A DNA stretch of 63,086 bases, the filler included, from Choristocarpus tenellus KU-1152 (lineage: Eukaryota; Protista; Phaeophyceae), in assembly GCA_964200185.2 (NCBI GenBank). It is 12 parts of 12 records of this genome, joined end to end, with 100 filler letters (N's around TTAATTAATTAA, not from the genome) between each part and the next. Parts side by side here need not be neighbours in the genome. Positions count along the whole stretch, not along the records: positions 19,779 to 26,284 come from CAXNAD020007985.1; positions 26,385 to 36,603 come from CAXNAD020003064.1; positions 36,704 to 43,780 come from CAXNAD020006744.1; 9 more parts are not named here. One strand, 5' to 3'. The position numbers were made by a program, and so were the translations under genes. The notes beneath the pieces are model-generated. The model had not been told where the DNA came from. It did not search any database and was given only the letters and a program-made list of their open reading frames with translations. How positions within the stretch are numbered: the stretch's first letter is position 1; each line of letters opens with the position of its first letter. Positions 24,729-37,119 of this stretch are shown one piece after another.

Positions 24729-25907
24729 GTATGTTACGAACGTTGGGAAATATGCATTATGTTACGTTAGCAATTGATATTTCTATCTCCACCCGCAGGT
24801 AGTGAACCTTACACATATAATTACACGTTTTCGTGGTAAATACTCTAGTACACTAATCGACATGCATCATCTCCTGATCAGAATGGAGATTCTCATATGT
24901 TGTCTACGCCCAAGAGGAGTTGTGATTGCAGAGGGCAGCTGACGGCTAGACACTATTGCAAACCACTGTGGATGCACACACGTGCACAACTTTCTCTAAT
25001 CATCCTTTCACGGAAATTTTCTACCTTAGTGTTTTAGCATTGTAATGTAGATAGACTCTGCTGGGGTGACTGGTGGAGACATTCGAATAGCTTCTTAGCT
25101 TGCTTCTTAATATCCTCGGCAGTCTCTTCCCCACGCAACCCCACTCGTTTATTGTTTGCGTCCGGCTCAAACAAGTCACTGCGACAGTAATTACCTCACC
25201 GCCTCTACACGTTATACTCGCGCAATCAATGTTCACGAGCGAGATGCTGCCTCAAATCCAGAAAACGTTTCGCCAGAGAGCGACACTAGTAGGTAGATAA
25301 CATCAGAGCAGTCGTAGCACCTACCATTCTCAAAGTGCGCGCAGGAAACGGGGATCCCCGAATGTGCGTGTGCAGCTGAGAAGCGATTTTTACCAAACGA
25401 CTTGTGATAGTTAAAAGATGCGGTAGTGGAGCGATGGCACAAGTGAGGACCTTCCTCAAGTCACCTGGTTCGATTTGCAACCCCCTTGTACCAATTGGCC
25501 TCTCTCTCCCGGGTGCCTAAGAAACTTTCTGACCAGAACCCCAACCACCCTCTTCGCTTTCTTGCCCGACCTGCAGGTACCGACAGTTCCTGTCATTGCA
25601 ACAGGTCATTTCGCAGCATGTTCCCGCTGCTGACCTGCCACATCTTCCTGGTAAACGCATCCTTGGCAGCAGTGTTGACCCGGCATTCGCGGAAGCCAGA
25701 GGTCTTGCGCTTCAGGTGGGTTAGAAGGGGTACCCGGTGGAAAGCGTACGCTCGTGGGGTGTGTGTGACGGCACTTGTCCTCGGGTGTGTGAGTGAGGTC
25801 TTACACCTATACACCTGACTGGAGCCTTTTCCCCCAACGACGGGGAGCTACAACAGAGCGTTCATTTTATTTTTTATTTTTTGTTTATGTGCTTGCTCTC
25901 CACTATG

Positions 25908-25909
25908 GC

Positions 25910-25966
<57 letters not shown>

Positions 25967-25980
25967 GCCTGCCTGTCTGC
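25908..25980. repeat. (GTCT)n microsatellite
   Basis: Read directly. Confidence 0.97.
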
Positions 25981-28335
25981 ATTGCGTACTTGAGGGAAGT
26001 TACTATGTTGACCTGGGGGTGTGGAAGGTACAAACCGCTGCAGGCGGATGGCTCCTCGCGGCTAGCAGATACAAGCGCGCTTGTGTGTGTGTGTGTTTTT
26101 TTTTTTGTTTAAAAATAAAAATAAAAATAAAAATGTATCCAACTATGTCATATTGATGTATCTCGGGTTTGCGTCGAAGCACTAGCATCGATCGGTCGGT
26201 GCTGATTGACTCGAGTTGAGACCTGTCACACACACACAAGCACTCCCCCCCGGTGTGGGTGGTATCCAGCCCCTTTTTGTTGCGNNNNNNNNNNNNNNNN
26301 NNNNNNNNNNNNNNNNNNNNNNNNNNNNTTAATTAATTAANNNNNNNNNNNNNNNNNNNNNNNNNNNNNNNNNNNNNNNNNNNNCCTCCACAAAAAGTAC
26401 CGTAATATTTGAACAAAAATATATCCGGACCCTTAAAAAGTGCCGAAACATTTCCAAAAAAAGACATATCCCGGGACAAGTGCAAAAACATTTGCAAAAA
26501 AACTTTTCGGTACTTTTTCAAGACCGTTTTCGATCGTCAACCATCCTCACAGCCCCGCTCCTTCCTCAATTCTCCAAATCCACTATTATATGAAGAGATA
26601 TGGAAGTGAATGCAGTATGTATAGAATATGAATGTAGAAATATGTACAACATACAACAATAATGGAAGGTGGGGATGAACCAAAATGACCGAAATTCACC
26701 CCCCCCCTCACAACACTTCCATAAATGAAATCAATCAAGGAGACTAGGACAGTTACAACGCCGAGTTTTCAGTTGAAGTCGTACCCCCAAACGACAATTC
26801 TTAAGTTGTGTATTATGTTGACGTTGTAGAAGGTAAGATGACGGTTTTTTCACATGTCCACCAAATTGCCCTTCGATATAGTTGGGAGTACAACGTATTT
26901 TTGTAACATATAAATAAGGAAGACAGTCGTCACAAAGACCCTCTATCATCAGATGGTTCATTGATTAGCTACGTGCATGCACAATGAATAATGGATGCTT
27001 GGCGTGCACATCCCGAACACCTCAGAGAGCCAAAGTTAACGAGGGGTACCCGTTTTTTGTCCGTTTTGCATTACAACCAGTTTTTCAATCTTTTATAACC
27101 CATCCATATTCCATGAATGAAGTGCTTAGTTTGATTTGAGAGGGTTAACTTCCCTATTATTTGAAACTTTTCGAGACAATTCTGAAAAGGTCTTACACAC
27201 ATTTGTCAAAATAGCAACTCTGGTATCTCTGGTCTACATCGACTCAGAGCCAGAGTCATATCCAACCAGTACCATTGTAGTTCCTAACTTCTACAAACAC
27301 ACCTCTCTTCTCGTCTACAGGGTCAACAACTAACACCCTATATTCACACTTTCAAGTTGTAGGCACCTAAGTGACCCTCCAGACTTCAATTTCTTCCCCT
27401 CCCCATCCTCCAGTTAGATTATCACTGCAAGAGGGTGTAGGTCGTTGGTGGTGATATGAATCCGTCCCTTGACTACTTTTTCTATGCTCCTATATTCATA
27501 TATTATGATGAAGCATTCGATTTATCACTCTTTTTTGTTGTATTATTATGTGAAGTTGAAACATGATGTTTCACCTCACCTCGTTACCACGCTCTGACGT
27601 TATCAATGAACCAACACTCCCTTCATATTACTGCTCCCCTATTGTACTAAAGATCACTATGCATTTTACTCCTTCAATATTGGGTGTTGCAACAAGTTTT
27701 ACTTCTTCTCACCAGTTAGACTGCATTTGTTGTTATCAATGCTTTCCTTGGATCTGTTTTCAAGGACACAATGTTTCGACAAGACCAAAGGAGCAGAGGG
27801 CGCGTTTAAAGTTGTTGCAATCCAGATTATGTGTGTTGCCACAGAAGTATTATTAGCAGCCAGTTCTAGTTACTATTCATGGCGGTGCAGGTCTACCATG
27901 CCTCTCCAGCAATTTGAATCTGAAAAGTAGCATTCAGTGATGAAGTGAATAGGGTATTTATTGCCTAGCCTATGATAGAATTCACAAGGAGTTTGGATAG
28001 GGCATGGCATGTATCTACTTGTTTAAAATACTCCATATGAAACAGCAGACTCGATACTTCTTTAAAAGCATTAAAAATATACAACTCAATATATGGCATG
28101 CAAGTTCATATGCACTACCAAACGTCACTGGAGCTAGCTTGGACCCCAATGTCTCTATTAAGGTATACAACGAACAATGCATTCCCAGTCTCCATTATGG
28201 AGACAGTGCGGCAAAAGGGTATGCTAACATGCTGCAGGGCATCCTAACTTGTTGCCATCCTTGCTGCAGTAAAGAAACAAATGAAGGGACTTCACATAAA
28301 TCCTGTTTGAGGGCCAAGACACTTGGAATACAACG

Positions 28336-28366
<31 letters not shown>

Positions 28367-28458
28367 GAGAGAGAGAAGCAACAACACAAAACAGAAAATT
28401 CTTGCACTCAACCATTTCACAAAACATCTGTATGAAGTCCCAATTGCGACACCTCTTG

Positions 28459-30862
28459 TCAGGTAGGGGTTCTAGCCTTCCCCGTAATGAGCTCTCCATC
28501 TACTCCCTCCACATACTCCTTTGGTTGCCTGCTTAAGGCAGTTATCCCCTCTGGCGTAACCCGGAGCTCTGGTGGTGAAAACACCAAAGCAAGGTCACTA
28601 AATGCCCTCTCTGCGTGGGGTAGCAACTCCGTGTCCCGTAACCGACGAGCTTCACCCGGCGTCGGCACAACAGTCTCTTCCTCAAGCAGGGAGGAGGCTC
28701 TCAAAACACAATTGGACTCATCAGCAAGAGCTTCAGCTAATATAATACGTTCCCCATAGGCAGCAAGGCTATTGCCCAGGATCAAGAAGGAGCTAAAGCC
28801 TGAATGAATGAGTTTGTACAGGGAGAGTCATACGGGAGGAGTCAAGGGAGAAAAATAAAATCATAATAAAATCGATGAGGATATACTATCAAGACCAACG
28901 TACCCCTATCATACGAAAATAATGCCGGTATTACAGCTCTCTTGTGCCCGCACTGTCGCCTTTGGTTCTCAGAAGCATGAGCATTGACATCACAACAGGT
29001 CAGACGTTGTGGAATATAGGAATGTGCACAGGCTGAGCTCATTCAGAGATGAGAGCACAACCAAGGGTACAAAGCTGCAGGAACTAACACTTAGGTACAT
29101 GTAAACCAAGAGGATACATTGATGTGGATGCGAAACTGGATCCATCAATTGCCCTCATGCCTACCATACATCATGAGGGCAAGGACAAGGTGAGACTTGA
29201 AATTTCTTGCTCCATTCTGTTGCTTGGAGTACGGATTCAGGTGCTTCTATTTCATGCTCCCCCACCAATGAATGCATCGCATGAATGACATTACATAGAT
29301 GTCGCAAGAGAGACAACACCAGCGACTCCTCTCCTCTTCCTACAAAACGACTCTCTGTACCCTTATCACCAATCTAGGTGCCAGAACATATCGTAACATT
29401 GCGATTCGCAGTAGAATCGTACGACCTCACCTTCTGACGACCAATTTGCCCAGAGTAGGTTGCTGTACAGTCGCATTGGACAGTGGGGCATAAAGAAGAG
29501 TGTGGGGCAGGGTCCTGCCTTGTCACGTCCAAAGCAGCAACGCTTCCCCTCCTCATTTTGTGGAATGACTCCACACCCCAGCCTGGACAAGACAGCGAGC
29601 TCTCCTTTACCCATTGCCGGATCAAACACCAACATGTTTGGTACCTCCACTAGGGGTTGCAACGGTTGTGGGGGCTGCGATGGGGGATTTGATACATCCA
29701 ATTTCAGGCGGGTGTGTTGTTGCAGCTGACTGCTTGCAAGGACGAGGGGACAATGTTGGTTGCTCCCGATGCTGCTGACATCACTATTTCCATTGACCTC
29801 CTCCTTGCAAGGCTTAGCAGTCCTGGTCTGGTAGTTGTCGCTGGAGGTAGAGACGGCAAAGGTATCCTTGAACTCACTGATACCTATGTCGGGCTTTTGA
29901 GAGAGCAATGCCACCTCCTTGTCCCGTCCCTTCGAACATAGAGTATCACCTACAGCACGACTCTGTCCTTTGACTGTAGGCTGGAGGAAGAGAAGATTAC
30001 GGAGACACAGAGCTACAGCCAATTGATATCTACTGGCAGCATTTTCTGTGAAATTCCCAATACCATAGCATACCAACTCCACAATAGCTAGCTGTCTGGT
30101 ACGATCTCCTATCCCACTGGCACTGCTGTCCACCTGTGTCTCCCTCATCACACCCTTACAGGAGCTATCTAGACCACAGTGCGGTTGCAATTCCTCCCGC
30201 GCACAATCTGGAGGTAACACACTGAATCTCCCTTCCTCTACCTCTTCAATGCACTTTGCATATGTCCCACTAACTTCTGTCCCATCAAATCCATTTTGTA
30301 GGGTTGCATTTGTCTGTACGTCGCTACAATTGCATGTGCACATTTCCACAGCCAAGGGGGTAAGGAGCTCGTCTCTTCGGGAAACCAACCCTATTCCCTC
30401 GGTCAGTTTGCTAGATTGTAGTTCTCCCTGCTGCCAATCGCTTGTCCCATCCGCGACAGAGTGGCAGAACTGGGGTGTTTGTGGGTCCTCTTGACCTGGC
30501 GGAAGACGCAGCCCGAGCCGCGGCAGGACTGTTGAGAGGCGGTTGGTAATTTTCTCCCACAGCGCGCTATTCTCGATGAGTCGCCTCAACTGTTTGATCT
30601 TCTCCAGCTCCTCAATCAGGTAATTCTCGGAGGAAGGGCATACATCGTCACTCCGTGCTGCCCGTCGTTGGTCATACTTGTAACTACCAGCTGCCTCCTT
30701 ACCTCTCCTGCCAACGTGGGAGCTGGGATTACCTCTCCCCCCACCGTGCCGAGGGGGCTGCTTATGTTTTATACTTTTCTTTGTTCCTTTTGAGCCCGAT
30801 CCAAGGGATGCTTTAGCCTTGGAATGCCCTCTCTTGCCAACAGTGTGCCACTCCTCAGCCAT
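28459..30862 (-). CDS. SRR1: SRR1-domain protein, two exons (30862-29431, 28799-28459)
   Basis: ELVCYGIGNF..SRYQLA, FDP, NEEGKR, PTLFFMPHCPMRLYSNLLWANWS. A GTGAGG...TTCAG intron joins in frame to GFSSFLILGNSL..AFSDLAL. Confidence 0.9.
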
Positions 30863-32376
30863 CACTTGATACTCAACTAGAAAAATGGGCAAGTTATGCT
30901 ACAAGTCGGACCACCTGTGGACAAGGTAAGAAAAAATTATAACAATTAGACTCGATCAATAGGATAGGGTATCAAGGAATGGAGTAAGTGCAAGATGCAA
31001 ATATCTTGGAAAAGACTGACGCAGGTGCAAAGTTGCGCAGTTGTAAGAGCCTTGATAAGACGAGGCTAAAAATGCGCCATCAGCAAAGACCTCCTGTTTG
31101 ATTCTAAATGGACAGAAAAAGTCATCGATGGTCCTTGGAAACGTGTTGAGCAAGGTGAGCGAGCTGATGGAAGGTGGGGTGGAGATCAGAACAGACCTGT
31201 GAGAGAGTTCATGCCCGTGAAGCCACGATCGCCTTGTTCAATATCATAGAGCGAGAGTCACTACCCGCAGGTAGTGGGAAGAGACGACCCCCACTCGTGA
31301 ACATCAATGCTTCGGAACCATCAGTTACTGAGGTCATAAGTAGAGGTTAGGTAAAAGTAGGAGGTGGATGGGCAGATATCACAGTACAAGGCACAAACCG
31401 TGTTTAGGAACTCCCTGAGATATTGTACATACAGGTATTAGTAAGATTCAGTACTATGTACCCAGGGTCCAATGACTACCGATAGTTTATCGTCCTATTT
31501 AACAAAGGAAGAAGCTCGTCCTCATGTCTACCGTAGGAAGCTTAGCCTCATACTTCAGAAGGAAGACACCTGGTCCGGAGAAGGCTCCAGTGGAGGGAGA
31601 CCACGGACAAGTGAGAGATATACGTCCTGCCCTAGACCTTCGATGTAGCTCTAAACATCCTCTCTGATATTTTTGTGTCATACAATCGAGCGTGTGGATT
31701 TTTCTTTAGGTCGCACAGCTCTTTTCCCATTGCTGGTTGGTATATCACTTATTTCTTTTGTTGTGATTGTCGTCTACGATTCTTCTAACATTTTTTGCTC
31801 AGATGGTCCGTTTACAGTGCTAGATACTGATTTCATCTTTGGCTCAGTAAATCCAATGACTATAGCCTCGGATGGGATGTTTTGGCTTGCCGTTATTAAC
31901 TGAATCAATTCGCAAGCGGAGATGACCTCGGTGTTTTCCGTGATGGGCACACCAGTGAAGGCACTACTGCACACTTGGTAGTTACCAAGCCTTGGACGTG
32001 TGCTGGTGACGGGTTGCCCATCATTTTGAGTGCTACGTATGGTACAGTAGTTGATGTAGTTCATACTTCACCTCCCTCTTGTTCCAGATGTGGGTGTAAT
32101 TTGAGTACTGCTCCTGGTGACTAGAAAACACTTCGTCGAAATGGAACCGTCAACTTTGCTAGGGAACAGCATTCACCACAACTACTACTACTCAACTACT
32201 ACTACTCCTTAGAGTCTATAATGGGCTCTTGCTAGTCTTAGCTTACTCTTTCTCAACGAAGACTGATAGGTTATGAGTGTATGTGTAGTCATGCCCCGTT
32301 TACCAAGACCGCTGGTACACATTAACATAGTACCCCTGGTCTGTCGTCTCTTCATGGAATTCGTGACATACTGAAG

Positions 32377-33369
32377 GTGCGCGCACGTCTCGGCAAGAAA
32401 CTTGATGAACAAAAGAGAGGCTTCACGTTCGGGTTTTATCTAGATGAGCAGACAGAACAATGCTTCGCACCTGATGCCAGTAAGGAGCCCCAAGGTTTCG
32501 AATTCAGATTCGACCTGGAAGGCACTGAGACACCGGACACATTTTGTGGTGGTGGAAGCAACAGCACCAGAGGGCTATCAGCATATTCTCAGGAGATCAT
32601 GGGCACAAGTGATAGGGGGAATGGGAACAACAACCAGGGCAGTTCTGGAGCTAACAGCAAGAAAGGGATCAAGAAGAAAAAGAAGAAAAAGAAAAAGAAA
32701 AAGATCCAAACCGAGATTAAGGAAACTGGGAGGGTAGAGGGTGAGGGATATGGGGGAGAGAGCAATGATGGAAAGTCAGGAAAGTCCAATGTTGCACCTG
32801 ACAATGGGACAGTGGTGGGCACAAAGGCAAGTGGTACAGATCGAACTAGTTGTGTTATTGGGCAGGAACCTTCTGCCACAACCTCCAGTGGTCTCTCCTC
32901 TTTTCTCCATGAAAAACTTATTGTTTCCAATGACCCTGAGCAGGGATTGGAACATGCTGATGCTGCCCAGTTTCCCAGTGAAACTGGCTGTAACCAAAGT
33001 GTGGCCCCACACGAGTTGCATGCTTCGAACACAACCCACTCACCCACAGCCTCATGGGCAATGCCCAGGCCACAGCCCCCACCTGGCTTGACTCTTGACA
33101 GTTGGAAAGACCCAACCCTGACAGACGAGGAGCGACATCGGCGCCGGTTTGGGAGGGGAGTGCGCAATATGGTGGCTATCCAACGTAGCGGGGAGACCCG
33201 ACGCAGTATTGGACTAGGAGGAGCTATTGGCCCTGAAGTAGGGTCAGGAATTTGCGAACTGCCGGTTGGTGCTGGGGTCGCATCATCTGAGATGGCACAG
33301 GCAGCAACTGAAAGCTCATCTGTTTTTGCATTTGGCTTTGACATTGGTATTACGTTTGGCAGGAGTTGA
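32377..33369 (+). CDS. Probable terminal exon of a hypothetical disordered protein with a poly-Lys NLS
   Basis: 330-codon open frame starting after AG; repeated F.F.F motifs, a K-rich tract and RHRRRFGRG. No family recognised. Confidence 0.6.
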   Translation: MRARLGKKLDEQKRGFTFGFYLDEQTEQCFAPDASKEPQGFEFRFDLEGTETPDTFCGGGSNSTRGLSAYSQEIMGTSDRGNGNNNQGSSGANSKKGIKKKKKKKKKKKIQTEIKETGRVEGEGYGGESNDGKSGKSNVAPDNGTVVGTKASGTDRTSCVIGQEPSATTSSGLSSFLHEKLIVSNDPEQGLEHADAAQFPSETGCNQSVAPHELHASNTTHSPTASWAMPRPQPPPGLTLDSWKDPTLTDEERHRRRFGRGVRNMVAIQRSGETRRSIGLGGAIGPEVGSGICELPVGAGVASSEMAQAATESSSVFAFGFDIGITFGRS

Positions 33370-34353
33370 GCCAGGTTGCCATGTTTGTGTGCACCAAAGC
33401 TGCAGACTACAATCAATGAGCAGATATTGTTCTTTCAAGTTCCTGGACAGCTGTTGAAGATTTTTCTTTGCTTGGGAGTACTCCTACGATAACAGTTGTG
33501 TGTAATAGTCAACAACTTCCCGTACTTGTAGCATATAGTGCATTGATATTATCGTTCTACGTAAAACTTTTTACAGCTCACATTTAAGCAAAAGTTACCT
33601 TAGCAGACCACATAAGAAGGTTGGGACATGCTCAATAGAATATAACCTTGTTGGGGCCATAAAATACTGGTCTCTGTGTTTCAATCCAAGGCCGCTAAAG
33701 GTAAAGCTGGTCTGAACAAAGTACCTATTGCCCACTCTTGTACATGATAGAATATTCCGCCCTTGGTTATCCCTTGGACTCCAACTATTGTGTTGATAGC
33801 ACAAGGAATCTGTAGTTCAAGACACAAGTTGAGTAAGATTTGAGATGATCAGAGAAGGTTTGTGACTTAGTTCATCCTTGTATGTGGTGCCAGCATGTCA
33901 TAAGTTGTGATGCCGTTATTTCGAAATCTTGATTGTAGAGTGCTGCCCAGGCTTCAGGGTATTGTTAGATGGGGCATGTTCAACTAAACCTTCTTGATTT
34001 GCCAACCTTTGAATAATTCATCACTTTACCAATTCATGGTCTATGGTCCACAAGGGTGAATGAAGTGGATATGGTGAAGAGCAAAAGAGTTGCCTGTCTA
34101 TGCAAGAAGACGATACTTAATTCATTGCACCAACTGAGCAAACACCATGAGCTGGTGGCAAAGAGGAGGAATTAATGTCAAAATGGCAATTCTCCAACTT
34201 GACTGTCAGGATCAGCATTGATCCACCACATGCGTCCAATGTCAGAAGGAGTAGGCTGCAACACACGTCTGACCGACCAAAAGGGTGTATGTGAGGATGG
34301 AAATGTAAGAAGCAAACTGTTATCACCATGACACCGCGAAAAGTAAGCAGGTC

Positions 34354-35790
34354 TCAGGCAGTGGAGGGCACTTCAGAATTGTTGAGAAAGGATTCACTAG
34401 TTGTCATATCATTGAACTCATGGAAGTGAACTATAGGCTGTGGTGTTGCTTGTAGTTTTCTTGAAATACTGTTCCCCACAGTTTCCAGCACACCTCCAGG
34501 TTGATGTTCCTTTATATTGTGATCAAAACCCCCACTGGAATCATGGGCCTCCAGTTTGCAATGAAACAGTGCTCTCAAAGAAACCTGGTGTGTTGACACA
34601 AGACTGGCCCCCCAAGTGTGGAGTCTACGCTCGACTATCCATGCTGACTCATCAATTGATTGCAATTACCACCAATATTTCCTAGGTCTTTAAAAAACAT
34701 GGAGGCATATCCTAATATTTTCTCCCCTCCGTCTTGCTTCCATCTTCCTGCTGGAAGCTCCCCAAACATCAATACCTGTGCAAGTAACTCACCCAACATA
34801 TGTGCAATTAGCCAAGCATATATTAAGCCCCCGCTTGCAGACTGTTGCCTTGATACTCTCACTCCCTGTCTTCAGAAGAACATCTTTCTATGACAGGATA
34901 TTACCATTACGTTCCTGTCCACGAAATCCAATGCAACGAAGGAGGGATCCATGCTGATGTCAACAAAGCTTCAGGGAATGGACCTGGTGGAATGTCCATA
35001 TCATAAACCATGTAACCAAACTTCAAGCACCTCAGCCTCGGAATCATGAGCTCAAGTGATACGCCTGAGGTCCTGCCATAAAACACTTGGGTGAATTTAC
35101 GTAAACAATTCCAAGCTTTCTGGAACCTCCCACTTGTTTCAACAGCGATATTGACTTCGTCATTGATGATTTCCCCAAGAAAAATGAACTTATGTCTGCC
35201 CGTAGGTCTGGTCCCGCACCTGGATCTGCATGGTATCTGTAGCCTGATTATGAGGACGAAGACATGTGGTCTCTATCTTCAGTGCTGACACGGTTGGACT
35301 GAATGATCTGACCATCTTCACCATCATCGTCATCATCCCGGTCAAATCTCCTTGGGTCTTGGAGATAATACTCCCATTATCAGCATAAAGCATAACCCAC
35401 AAGAGCCGCTCAAGTGTTGTCCAACTTCCTAGTGCTCCTCCTCCTCTGGTCTGGTTGTTTGTGGCCGTCCTCTTCATAACAACAAGATCCTTGGAAATAG
35501 CTGGATCAGAGGTAAACTCCTTAATAAATTGGTGCTAGGTAACACTCAGCAAAGCTGAGAAGAAGTTGAAAAGAGGCTGAGAGCAAGAACACACCACTTC
35601 CGAAGGCCCTGCCCAACCTCAAACCAGTCAGTTCACTTGCCATCATCATCTATGCTAACACATGCCCTCATTCCATAATGAAATTGGCGGGTGACAAGAC
35701 TTATCTTATCGGATATTCCGAATTTGGGCAGTACAACCCACAGGAGATCGCAATCAACAGAGTTCTACACTTTCTGTAGATTACTAGAAC
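34354..35790 (-). mobile_element. Degenerate non-LTR retrotransposon (RTE-like) reverse transcriptase
   Basis: NSVDCDLLWVVLPKFGI, WFEVGQGLRKWCVLAQPLFN, LWVMLYADN (YADD), KIETTCL and FIFLG, with multiple stops. Confidence 0.85.
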
Positions 35791-36039
35791 ACATGAATAG
35801 GGGCACATGGTTTCCTAGTCAAGCTCATGGATGGGATGTACAGTGTGTATCATGTCCACTGTGGAGTGTCAGCGACGGAATCCACACTGTTCCTCATGGA
35901 AATGTGTTCTTCCGTTTTAGGTAATCTCTCAGTCATAATGCAAAAACCTAACTTAAGAAGTATTTTACCACCATAATGAAAATGCACTTTTTTTTCCTGA
36001 TTTTGGTTCAAAAGGGACACCCAGAAGAAGACACTAGAT

Positions 36040-36375
36040 TGCGTCTAGCAGAGTCATTCGCAGTCTACTACTGTAAATTGCTGGGGTCCAAGGGTGATAA
36101 TGTCTTCAAAATTCCCCATCTTAGCAAGGAAAAGGTTGAGGAAGCGGGCAAGCTCCCCTAAATGCCCCGATGGATGTGGCGAAATACCGTGCTGGAATCG
36201 ACTTTTTTTGGGGGACTTTGGGGGTAGAACCATAGGCGTAGGCTGCCCCATTTTGGTTAAGATTTTGGTGGGCAATCTTTTTCAGTATCTCTACAATACA
36301 CCCAATAAATATGAAGATGCGGAGAATAATGTTTCTTGATTGGGGCTGCAAGAATTGTGTTACATTTAATTGCGA
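36040..36375 (+). mobile_element. Mariner transposase C-terminal fragment (family of 13630-14133)
   Basis: KGDNVFKIPHLSKEKVEEAGKLP (cf. plant-mariner GGN.YKIPH..K..LER.G.LP), then MDVAKYRAGID..; 3' flank matches the reverse complement of 13630-13735. Confidence 0.8.
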
Positions 36376-37119
36376 ACGGATGATGAGGTACTTATTCATT
36401 TATCTTTTAATTTCTAAAAGTCCTACCCACATCTAAAATTTACAATATCAGATTAACCAACTATTTAACAATATATAGTGAGAATATATAAAATAAAAAA
36501 TGATATATTCTCAACAGTAAACATGTAATGTGTGTCTATGTGAATCGTGTGATTCTGTGGCGGCGTGGTTCACTCAGGTAAGGGTGGTGAAGAGAATCAC
36601 CGGNNNNNNNNNNNNNNNNNNNNNNNNNNNNNNNNNNNNNNNNNNNNTTAATTAATTAANNNNNNNNNNNNNNNNNNNNNNNNNNNNNNNNNNNNNNNNN
36701 NNNTTTTTATAATTACTAGGAGAGCACCTTGACATGCTCTGATGGAGAAAGGTGAAAACAAAACAAGCAACTGCATACCTGCCCCCCCCCCCCCCACACA
36801 CACACAAAGACAAGGATCTCGCCATGGCTCTCCTTACATACTATACTTTCACCCTCAAACGTATCGAAATTCAACAGTCTCAGGCATCCTCCTCACATGT
36901 TCCCCCACATCAACACACTAAACAGACAATCGTTCCACGTGCAATGCCAATGAGCTCTTCTCAAGGCACAAGAGGGCACTCCTCGCAAAGTATCAATCCC
37001 ACAAGCGCCAACCTTGAGACTGAAACCGGTGAACCTCCCAGCCCTGCGGCCCTTTCCCAATACAGCACTCAAGGCTGCAATCCCACGACAAATGCGTCAG
37101 CAATGCCCTTCATGCCCAC

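Noticed and set aside
25233-25820. GC-rich coding-like stretch downstream of the PX exon
   Set aside because: All frames are interrupted, with no recognisable motif or consistent splice pattern.
26950-27148. piggyBac-like terminus GAGAGGG|TTAA
   Set aside because: No partner TIR or transposase is visible; such a short motif can occur by chance.
32589-33416. 275-aa antisense ORF overlapping 32377-33369
   Set aside because: Shadow frame: its poly-Phe mirrors the poly-Lys of the sense ORF, and it has no independent signal.
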